The notes beneath the pieces were generated by a model. It did no database searches, had not been told where the DNA came from, and worked only from the letters and a program-made list of their open reading frames with translations. From Glaucostegus cemiculus (lineage: Eukaryota): a DNA stretch of 64,000 nucleotides. Positions 27,327 to 38,871 of the stretch are shown piece after piece. Both the position numbers and the translations under genes were made by a program. Position 1 is the stretch's first letter, and each line of letters starts with the position of its first letter. Location: positions 6,758,001 through 6,822,000 of the forward strand of contig CDPCPM010000012.1 of assembly GCA_976551045.1 (NCBI GenBank), in the 5' to 3' direction.

Positions 27327-28358
27327 TGCAGCATGCAACATGGGAAAACTAGAGTGCTGACTCATCTCAGTGATCTGTTCCTCACTAAGATCTAAATACA
27401 CAAATATATTCCTCCACAATGGAATCTTGGTGTCCTCTCTAGCACTGTAGTGAGCAGGAAGTTGAGATATATAGCAGAAATCGGGGGCGGCCACTGGGTA
27501 TGTAAACTGAGAATTCTGTAACCTTGACATCCACAGATACAGGAGTCAGAAACAAGAGCGTGACTGTAGCTTGTTCAGCAATATATCTTGGTTACTAGAA
27601 CCTTTGAAGACCTGTGTCTGCAAAGACATTGCTCACTGGTGAGGTCCAGGTATGATCTTGTATCTCTAAAGAATCTCTGCAAATAGGTTCTTTGCACATG
27701 GTCATTTCAGTGCCACTTATCCTATGGTTCCTAGCTGTCCCTGGTGTTACTGACGACAGTGCCTTTAGAGCCTGGATAAAACTGAACCAAGATTTCTATT
27801 CTTAATTATTATCATGTGAGCTCTGCTGGACTGACCATGTATACATGAATGTCAGATCAAAATATGACAAATTTAGAAGACTATGGTCCCCTCTGGACTC
27901 ATGCATGAAAATGGCTACTTGAACAAAGGAACTAAGTGCAGGTGTTATATATATGGAAATATCAGTGCCTTCAATCATAACAGAAGAGAAGAGAATCAGA
28001 AATAAATGTCCATTTTTGGCTCAATTGTACAAATCAGGGTACTCCCAGTCAGATAGCACCTTACCTGTTATCAACTTGCTGCTCATATATCTTAGCAAGG
28101 ACAACATTTAAATCACAAAAAAATCTAATTACAAGTTTCAATAACATTGAAATTTACCAGCTTGAAACTTTGCTAACAAAACTGAATATAGGATAATAAA
28201 CCAACAGAGAGAGAAAGAGATCACAAATAAACAAAATATCTGTTCCCTGCAGCACAGCCAGGTATACAATTCTGACCACCCGAGAGAAGATTATTGAATA
28301 TATCAGGAGAAAATGATTCAAGCAAAGAAGAGATCAGAAGCAGTGGTTAAATACTCAC

Positions 28359-28525
28359 ATTGTTTGCAGTGGGGAACGTCCTGGACTGCTGTCACTCTCA
28401 TTGCTATTTGAATGCTCCACTGCACCATTTAGCTCCTCATGGATAGCACTCACCATTGTGGCTACAGTGGCATTTCCCATGGAAGCAGTAGTGTATAGAG
28501 GTATGTTATTTTCAGCCATTGAAAC
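28359..28525 (-). CDS. FOXP1: FOXP1 coding exon 20 (167 nt): [55 protein letters not shown](M)
   Basis: Aligns to human [20 protein letters not shown]...[25 protein letters not shown]. Acceptor tttgtag, donor AAT|GTGAGT. Phase 0 to 2. Confidence 0.96.
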
Positions 28526-30637
28526 CTACAAAGCATGCAATGAAAGTAAGATTAAACACTAATTTACCAAATCTAACAATTTGATACTTTGCAGCTCATT
28601 TTCAGTGCTATCATAACTCTTTGGGCTTATTTGCTAAATGAATTATACACTAGAATCACACAGTATAATTTTGAGGTACTTAACTAATTACCATCTCCAA
28701 AATGGTAGCAAGGAAATACGTCTTTCAAATGCTTTATGACTTAGCATGCTGGAGCTTATTTAATTCAAGGCTATTATTTATGTCTGATAAGTCTTCTCCT
28801 AATCTTACTTCTGGTGAGTTGGTAATGTATATTAAATGGTTCCAAAAAATATAACACTTTGTTCACTTTCAAGACTTAAAGAGAGCGCGAGATGAGAGCT
28901 CCCAGTGAGACACTAACTGATAGTACTATGAGTTTCTTTGCAAAGTAGTTCTCGGCCTCTGTTTGCTTATTGCTCATATAATTACAATAACAATGAAAGC
29001 CAATCAACTAAATGATTATGATTCCCTGCATTCTACCTTCCTAAGATATAGCACATGACTTTTTTCTTCTAAAATGCATTACCTACTATTTGTAGTTGTA
29101 CAGCTATTATGACTGTGTGCATACATCTTTTTAAACAATTCACAACTCCAAACACCCATATCTGTTGGAAGTGAGAACTCATATAAATTACAAAAATTCC
29201 CTGTTGATTTAATTGAGGATCTGATTATGAAAGTTCTAAGTATCAAAGTCTGATTTCTTGCTTTCATATAATGTGGATGCGGTATATTTTGTTATAATGA
29301 AACAGACAATGAGTTAACAATTCAAAATTCCCTGCCCAATCAATGAAATGTCAATACGAGGAGTAGGTTCGTTGTGCCACCACTTGTGTTGAGCAGTCTA
29401 TAGAAAACTCTGACTGTAATTTAGCACAGGGGTTCCATTTTGGGCATTTGTTTTTTTTGTCTGAATGCTTTTCTGAAAAAGGCAAAGTCATACAAGTACT
29501 GTTATGATATTGTTATAACAAGTTCCTATGGACTAGCCATCTACATTTAGCATTGCTGAGGATGTCTCATCTCCAAGAATGTTGCAAGTGGTTAGGGAAC
29601 AGTAAATAAAGGGCATCTGTTTACTCTTGTAGACCTTTCATTTTAAGGCCAATCATAGGGCACTCCAAGAATTAGCAAGAAGAAGGTATCTAGGCAAAAA
29701 TAGTACATTGCAAGACTAAATTCTATAGTATATCAGTATTGGCTGGAAGTAATTGGAAGCATTTTAATGTATTGCTACAGCACTTATGCTGCCAATAACA
29801 CTGGAATTTTCTGAGAGTGGGTCAGTAATTTACTAATTTGGCAGCAGCTATTGCTCTGAACATTAGTTGTATGGGTGTAGTGAAGAAGGGATATGTGGCA
29901 AATAAACACAAAGCAGACCAAGTTGAATCAGTAACTGCCATTGAACTTGACTACCTGGGCATGATGGGCCTCAGCTGTCAGCAATTCAAATATGTTAACT
30001 GTCGTCCTGCAGCGATCCTCCACCACCTGAATTCTAGTGCTAGTGGCACTGAAGGTTGCCACTTCATTCAAGCTTTATGCAATGGGCATGTTTCTAGACA
30101 GGAGCCAGCTGCTTTTTTATACATGGTCTACCAGGGAAATAAATGAACCCCTGTATTTTGAGGTACTCAAATGCCTGCACTTCAGGAGTGGCCTGCAACA
30201 CCAGCAACATATTGTACTTCCCAAATGACAACTTCAAGCGTGTAGGGCATGACATATGTAGCAACTCACGTACTTGCCAAAAACCCTCAGGGTATCCAAA
30301 CAGAGATATCTATTGATTGATCAATGCCCCTATGTTATGTTATTTGGAATGAGGCAAATCACTGTGCACCAGCCGGAGGTAACAACAAGGTACACACATC
30401 ATCCCAGGCAATCAGGTAAGCACCACTTTTTCTAAAAATGGATAGATGGATGTTAATTTTTTTTCAATTATTTTTTGTTTCATATATTTTGAATTGTTTA
30501 TTTTAAATATTTCAGATGGTTGCCATTTTCAAGGGCTGCAGATGTTAGCTTGTCAAAACTGTAGGTCCTTTTCTTAGTGATTTCCACTTTATTTTTGCCA
30601 TCATTTCTTTCTCTTTTTTGGTTGCACTTCTTGGTGA

Positions 30638-31410
30638 ACCACATATTCCTGGTCCACTAACATTAGGGCCCTCACGAAGAAGGCTCAGAAACGCCTATAC
30701 TTCCTGCGGAGACTGAGGAAAGCGTACCCACATCCCTCCGTCATGAAATCCTTCTACAGGGGGACCATTGAGAGCATCCTAACTCAATGTATCACTGTTT
30801 GGTTTGGAAGCTGCTCAGCTGCTGGGCGGAAGTCCCTCCAGAAGATAGTTAGGGCTGCGGAGTGGATCATAGGTGTCTCGCTTCCATCCCTCGCAGACAT
30901 ATACAAAGACCGTTGTGTGAGGAAGACCAAAAGCATAATGGCCGACCCTTCTCACCCCTCCCACCACCTCTTCACAATTTTGCCATCAGGGAGGAGGCTT
31001 AAATGTATCAGGGCAAGAACGTCCAGGCTGAACAATAGCTTCTTTCCGCAAGCCATCAGAACTGCAAACTCTCTCATCCCTCCATCTTCCTTTGTTAACA
31101 CTAAGAGATGCTAGGTGCACAGAAATGCACCAGCACTTTAAATGCCCAACACCAGCCCGTTCACTTTAAGAACTATTTATTTATTTACTGGCCATTTTTA
31201 ATTTAATCTGTGTAATAATTTAATTTCAATCTCCATAGCTTCTAATGTGTAATGTTTTGTACTGTGTATTCTGCAAAGTGTGTATGTGTCTCTCTGTTGG
31301 TTGTTATGTTATTTTTTTATGGGACGAGCACCTGAGGAGGATGGTATCTCGCTCCTATGCATACTATGTATGTATGTGGTTGTGACAATAAAACTGATTC
31401 TGATTCTGAA
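30638..31410 (+). mobile_element. 5'-truncated Rex1/Babar-type non-LTR retrotransposon (RT C-terminal, DUF1891-like region, with 3'UTR)
   Basis: Open frame 30641-31114: SWSTNIRALTKKAQKRLYFLRRLRK...FYRGTIESILT.CITVWFG...DPSHPSHHLF..LPSGRR...RTSRLNNSFFPQAIR. Ends in AATAAA plus an (ATTCTG)n tail. Confidence 0.88.
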
Positions 31411-33374
31411 TTTGCGATCAGCTCCCAAATCAATAAGCCTTAAGCTTTTTGTCCCATCTCTATGCTACTTGTTATATGCCTTGATTGATGTACCACCCAC
31501 ATTTACTGCTTGATGACAACTTGCCACAACGTGCCTGATTCAATAAATTAATCATTCAGGTAAGTTAGGGTTCTCAGTAATAACATATTTAAGGCACAGA
31601 AACATCAGATGCTCAAAATAATCAGTGGAGCCCTGGCAATTGGCCTACAGGATACTTACAAAATTGCAACAACATTCCCCATGCAGCATAATATTACCAT
31701 GGTTAGAGACATTACTGGAAGAGATGCTGCATTAAATAATTGTACACACAGCAGTCACCTGCAGTAGAGTTCAAATAATGTAGCTATAACGTATCAGGGA
31801 CTCATTACCAAGCTGTTCCAGTATGCCCTGCTATCAGCCATTATGCTTTCACTGACTTTTTTAAAGTTTGTCTTTGAACAACTGCCTTTGATGCATTATT
31901 GAGGAATGTATATCCACAACATTCATTAAAAGTAAATACATTATATTCAATATTTTAATGCAGGTGAAGTATGTGTTCAGTGAATATCAACATACATATA
32001 GCCCAAATTCCAGACTCTTCTTTGAAATTTCCAGAGGCAACAGATTGTAGGGAGACCAAAATTACAAAAGTTAACACAGATTGTATGTCAAAAGCCAATT
32101 TGTTTTTCTTATTGAGGGAACCTTGATTTAGCTAGCCAGTGGAAAAAGGCAGAGGTCTCACAATACAATCCCAGAGACTCTGATGTCCTTTTAAAGGTAA
32201 AGGTAATGGTTGGTTCAGGACTGAAATGGAGAATTCCAGTGCTCTTTACAGGACACATGCCCGAAATTAGACAGAATGTGGAAATGCTTATGGATTGCAC
32301 TACCCTGACATTGCTGGATGGAAAAAATCAGTGTAGTTTTGTTTTCATGTACAGTTGCTTGCTCAGAAAACTACTGGCACCTGTAAATGAAGAAAATTAA
32401 CACTGCTGCTTACTTGTAGCTGCAGGAAGAAGGAATAAGAAATACCACAGCAAAAAGGGGCAGATCCCATTGAGATGTATTTGAAGCTTCTAAAACTCAA
32501 TGCAACAATGCTTTCTCCAACCCTTGAGGTTTCTAAAACAGGACTACCTACAATTGCATCATTTTTCTAAGAAGGGTTATAATAAGGATTAACTTCTCCA
32601 TTGATCAGTTTGCTGTCTCTGGATGAAACCCTTGACTGATAGTATGTGTGCAAAAGCTAACGAATGTGTAACTTTTCCAAGGACAGCCAAAAACCAGTGG
32701 GAACGTTTCTGCATGCTGCATATATTGGAAGGTTCCCATGAGTGTGTGGTGTTATTGACTGCATCCAAACAACATCAAGGCCAATGAACCAGCAACCTTC
32801 ATAATACAAAGGGGTTTTCACTCCATTAATGTTCAGCAGGTGCATGTGAGATTGGCACCAGGGAATCATATAGATCTGTTCCCATTTTCTTTGCAGTTCA
32901 TAATGATGCCTTGAAACTGTGCCAGTCCTATATTCTACCCAGACCCAGCACAGATGTCAAAAGCTGGCTGCTTGGCAACAATAGCTGTCCCCTTCACAGC
33001 TGGCTAAAGATACCCTTCCAAAACCCACACTCTACCATCACTAGGCAGAGCATTGCAATGCTCAAACAATACTTCCACTGCCAAGATAGGCTGTAAACTT
33101 CTTGTAACATAGCCTGGACAGAATGGCACACTATCTTTAAGCTTGGCCCATGAGCATTATCTGTGGAATGTCAACTGCATATGAAAATCAAATTCATTTT
33201 ATGTTACTTCATTAGAAGATACATCCTACTTTACATATTCCCTACCTTAACCTTGATAATATGCCATGTTTCAATGGCTTGATTCAATGACTTCTGGCAC
33301 ATGGATCAAGAATCCCACCATTACAAGACGTTAGTACTAAGAGAACTCTGCATTGTTGTGATATCGTAAACTGT

Positions 33375-33645
33375 AATCCATATGCCCTCTGTAGTGGAGA
33401 TATATAGGACCTACAATAAGAGTAGGAACATCTGGTAACCTGGCCAATATTTACCTGCCAAGCAATAAAAATTTAACAGATAATTTGTTTTTTTTAATGT
33501 ATCCAAATACCATTTGTGGTTAATTGCTGTGTGCCTTGTCTGCCACATATCCCTTTACAGTAGTGAGGGCATTTCTTCACTTTTGAACTATTGTTTGATA
33601 CAGTTATGATTAATGCTATACAGCACAAGAAATGTTTTCTTTGTA
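33375..33645 (+). mobile_element. DeuSINE relic
   Basis: cctggccaatatttacc...aacagataatt...tttgtgg...ttgctgtgtgc...aatgctata resembles the Deu core and tail. Confidence 0.45.
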
Positions 33646-35528
33646 GCTTAGGGACTAGCAATGGTGGGTTGTTTGCATGGACAATGGGCAAATGGCATGG
33701 GTTATAGAATGGTCTCTAATAGGATACGTGACTAAATCTATCAAGCTTGCAGGGCACTGCTGCAACTATTTGGGGACCGTCCTTGGGCATTAAAAAAAGT
33801 CCTGATATTTTTCCATTATGCCCAGTTTGCACAATGAGCTTCATGACCTTGCTGTTCAATCATTTCTTAACAGTTTTCACGTTCTACCCCTGGATTCACA
33901 ATCATCTTCCTATTTTTACCAGTACAGGGGATTGTTAGCTACCTGAGAAGTGCTAATGGATCATTACTATAGGTGTGTTGTGATTGGCTGGTTCTAGTCC
34001 TGGCCCGCTAACTAAATCATATTTCACAAAATTACTCATTTTAAAATTGGCACATTTCAACTGTAGATCATAATATTCTTGAAAATCAAAGATTACTGAA
34101 GTGAAAAGACTGTTGTATTCATATCTACTACTTTTGCTAATAACTACATAGAAAATATAACCTATGGGTTTATAGTTTCCACTTTTGTCGAAGTAAGATT
34201 TATGACCTTTTTCATTGCTATTTATGACCCACTACCAAAAGGACAGGAAGGTGTGGATTTAAAATGTGCAATTTTGTTAAATGGAATCAAAAATACAGTC
34301 AACTACATTGCATTTTTAATAATGAACATTCAGCAGTTTGTGAGTTAATGCCCTGGTGTAATTAACAAAAGATGTGTGCTTTGTAAAATATCTTGCAACA
34401 AGTTTGATAAATCTGCATCTTTCAGCTTTGTATAGATAGTAATGACATTTAAGGTACAGAGCACCTCAATCATGTTCCAGGTTATTATAAAACAGAGCGC
34501 ATTACCACTATTCACAATACTGAAACGACCTGACAGGAAATCTGCATGACTTAAAAAGGAACATAAAGCACAAACACTCAGCACATATATATGGCCAAGA
34601 AAGTAGTAGTTTCTAAAATGTCATATGCAAAAAAAATCCCTGCATTCACAACGTTTGCACAGATGTAGCAAAAAGGCTGTACAAATGCAAATAGCAGGGT
34701 ATGGTATAGCAAGTAAATATCCTGAAGGAAATAACTTTCCTAGGAAAAAAAGTGCTCTGATTTCATAAGCAGTATTACACATGACTGTCAGATATGGAGG
34801 ACAAAAGCCGTGACTGCTACCAACTGAAATCTTTCAATAACTAAAAGAAACAAACGGGATTTATTAAGGGTGATTCTGAAGGACATCTGAGTCAACAAAT
34901 ATGTGAGAGCTACCCAGACCATCTTGTTTGTGTCAATTACACACACACACACACTACAGTATATTCTGTTTAAGCAAATGTGACATATGGAATGATAATT
35001 ACATGGATGCAATTATGTTTTCATAGAGATATATTTTCTTTGGTTTGCTAATGTTAAGGAATTGTCATTTTCTTTTAACTATTCGTGGACATTTTTCCAC
35101 TAATATTGGCAAATGGAACAATTCACCCATAAATATCCTATTTGCTCTCTCCAACAAGATGAGAAGAACAGGTTAGTATACATAAATTGTAGGGGGGAGG
35201 GGCAGAGAAGTTTTAAAGGGATATTTCATAGTAAAGTTTAAAATCTTGAAATGGCAGATTTAAAATAAATAAAAGCAGAAGAACAAATCATACATTCAGT
35301 AATTTATGATTTAGAATGTATGACCTGATGTTCTTCGCTTTGGTAAAGTCACCAACTACTAAGTCTCTAACCACCTGTCTTGGTTGATTATCAAGGCTGT
35401 GAGACTCTTATCAACTGAAGACACCACCTAAATGAAATGGAGATATCCTTTGTTGGTTCCAGGGGGCTTCTGAAAAAGGAACTGGATAAAAAAGAACATT
35501 TCAAGGCTGGGGGAAGGAGCAAAGGAGT

Positions 35529-35945
35529 CATAGTGTTATACAGCATGTAAACAGGCCCTTTAGCCCAACTTGTCCACGCTATTCAAGATGTCTAGCTGAG
35601 CTAGTCGTATTTGTCTATATTCAGCTAATATCCCTCTATGCCTTTTCTATCCATATACCAGTTCAAATGTCTGTTAAACATTGTAATTGTACTCGCCTCT
35701 CCAGCTTCTCTGGCAGCTTGTTCCATACAACTTCCACCTCTGTGTGGAAAAAGTTTCCCTCAAATCCCTTTTAAATCTTGCCCCATCTTAAATCTATGCC
35801 CTCTAGCTTTAGACATCCTCATCCTGAGAAAAAGACTGTGACCATCTATCCTATCTACACCCCTTGTGATTTTATATACCTCTTATAAGGTCACCCTTTA
35901 ACATCTACACTCAGGGCAATAAGTCCCAGCTCGAACCAAACTCCC
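35529..35945 (-). mobile_element. CR1/HER1-type LINE 3' end, nested in an older plus-strand CR1 tail (about 35465-35528 and 35946-36027)
   Basis: atacagcatgtaaacaggccctttagcccaacttgtccacgc...ataaggtcaccc is the reverse of a typical elasmobranch LINE tail. The flanks join into a second tail ending attctatgattcta. Confidence 0.75.
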
Positions 35946-37975
35946 AAGGTGGGAATAACTGTAAAAAAACTAGCTTGGATGCAATGATTCAAATACATCC
36001 ACTTAATTGTACCATTCTATGATTCTAGGTAAGGCATAGAACATTATCAACAAAGCAATACTGATTGGAACATTCTACTGATCCCCTTGGGTCAACCTAG
36101 AATATTTTTTTTGCATCTGTTTTAAGGTTTCAGAGGCTTATCTAATGTATAACATTCAAAGGCATGTCAATGAAGTATGCAATCAGAAAATCATTTTGCT
36201 AGCTCACAGTTTTTTTTAGGATATTCAAAAGTGACTCCTGGTGGAAAAGAGTACATGCTGAGATAAGTGTCAAATTAATTCTGTTGTTTCTAATTGGGTG
36301 ACTTCTAATAAATGTAAACAAACAGTCCATGTTTTCTTCCTTAACATCAGTACCAATACATTTTTTTGTTGCCCAGCAGTCTTTTGCTGACTAAAGACCG
36401 TCTGAAACCCTAACCTCATCAAAGTGGGCCAGAAATACAGGATATCCCTTGGCAACACTCCACCTGCTACAAAATTCAAAGTTTGAGAAACAGTCACAAC
36501 CCACTACACCTCAAATGGTCATTACAGATCATTGTGAATGAGAGAGTCAGCGCTTGCAATGTCGATTGTTTCATGTTGAAATGTTTCCAGCAGTACCAAG
36601 TTATCATGTTCACAATGGACAGAGGGTGCCATCTCTTAAAATAAAGGCTCACAGTGATTACAGTAAAGGGAATTCTAACGTGGATCAGAGCTAGTCAAAA
36701 ATACAGGTAGAAGCCTTAGACATCTCTCAAAGTTGCCAATTTACCATGCAACCATATGGTAACACCACTCCTTCAACCAGAGATGCAAATGGCAGTAGGG
36801 CACATCAAAACCAACATGAAAAAATGCCCAACATACAGCATGGAATATATTAAATATAAAACAAAAGTATTATTTATGTTTCAGTGTTAATTGTTCTCCA
36901 GTGGTGTAGAAAGTAAATTGTTCAAAGCAGACCTATTGTTGCATACATAGTTCAACACCGCAAATGACAAAAACAATGTAACTATGCCTTGATTGGGTTG
37001 AATGACCTGCTGTTGTTTCATAATTTGTCCTGTGCTATCATGGTTCAGAGTTATTCATCCTACTGTCCTCATGGAGTTGTTGTTAATAACAATGTTATCT
37101 ACCATGATGTCCATCACTATCAATTTATCCTTACTGTATGTTGTAAGATTCCACCCCATTGCAGAAGGATCATCACTTCGTTCAGGATGTTCTGGTAAAT
37201 ATTTTAGTGTTTTCAATTATTCATATTTGTTGCATTTTAAAATATGTTTAATGGTTTATACCACTTCTTATATCGTAAATGTTCCTAATCATCAAGGACA
37301 AAAGGTTTTTAAAAAAGCTCCATAGGTTTTGATAGGAGGCAAGGCTCCACCTCCAGCTTTGCCTCCTGTCAAAGTCTGGGAGTTCCAAGAGCAGGCCTTG
37401 GTGATTTGCCATCTTAGGGTAGAGTGCAGGTGGTCAGTGAGACTGGCCCTCCTTTCCTGGCTCAGGTATGTGATGATGGGCAGGAACCATGTGCAGTTTC
37501 CAAATGGCAGGGCAGGTTTAGCATGATCCCGCTCAAAGGTGGAAAATTGAGGGATAAATATTTACTGCAATTCATATTGAGAGAATGGTATTAATGTCTG
37601 CAAAATCTGATAACAGAAGTTCCAGTGCACACAGATTTTTGAGTAAATCTGCCAGTTATTTGATTTCAAATTTCTGTAGATTCATCAAGTTATTTACTAT
37701 ACAGCCATAATTGCACGCCAGCATTGCAGAAATAATGAAGCAATTTCACTTGTGCAACACAGCTTTCATTTGGCATGATTTCCTAACTTAATTCTACTGG
37801 TGTGTTTTTGCCTTAAATACAGCAGGAGATGTTACTAATGATCTGTGGGTTTTCACTATAATGAAATTAGGTCTATGAGAAGGTTAAGTGGCGTAACCAC
37901 ATACCCAAATATAAACCTAATGCATTTTATTTCTATGCTATTTCATATAGTTTAGGACATTGGCCACTCCAGTAA

Positions 37976-38871
37976 TATTTTCCTATTAGCTAGCACTTGC
38001 CCTTTTCTTAGGTTCTTCTGAAACCACCTTCTTCTAAAACTCAGCTAATTATTTTAGAATGGGCTTCTCTAGAATAAGGCATGGAAATTGGTTTATGTTT
38101 TCCTTTGTTTCTACAGAGGGTAAATTAAATGATGCAAATATACCCTTTGTGCATGAATATCCTCTGAGTAACTTCAACATACTTCATTACAAGACCTTGA
38201 AATCAGCAACTCAATTTTTCACTTCTCTTGCAATCTTCAGTCTTTCAAAAACCCAGCCCGGTAGATCAAATCACACATTCTAAATTCAACTTTGCCTAAG
38301 AGGAAATAACTTTTCCCCTAAATTCTCTCACACTTCAACTGAACAGCCACAGATATTCCAGGCAAAAGTTCACCAAACTTTCTATTGCTTTCCTATTGGC
38401 TCCTCAACTCTGGATTGCAACACCCACTGCTCGCACCTGTATGGGACTCAGATTGATATGGCCATAATTTCCCATTCCTGTACAACAAACGTGTCACCTT
38501 GCTTACTGCTCACAGATCAATTGATGTCCAGCTGCAAGCCTACACTATTTATAGCAATTATAGAATCCAGAACTAACTAGTAAAGCCAAAATGTAATTAT
38601 ACTTGCATATGAATTTAGGGGATTATCAACTGCTCATTCCCCATAAGATGATGTTAATACAAAGTAATGAAGGAGTAATGTAATTATGACATCCTATTTT
38701 CATATTAGTTACCACTTGCCCTTTACTTAGATTCTTCTAAAACCACCTATCCTCAAATAATTACATTGGAATGGGCTTCTCTGGAATAAGGAATGGAAAC
38801 TGGTTTACACTTTCCTTAGTGTGTAGAGGGTAAATTAAGTGGCACATATATACCCTTTGTACGTGAATATC
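37976..38871 (+). repeat. Diverged direct repeat of about 180 bp: copies at 37976-38161 and 38695-38871
   Basis: Collinear shared blocks cacttgcccttt, ttcttct.aaaccacct, gaatgggcttctct.gaataagg.atggaaa.tggttta, agagggtaaattaa and atataccctttgt. Confidence 0.9.
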
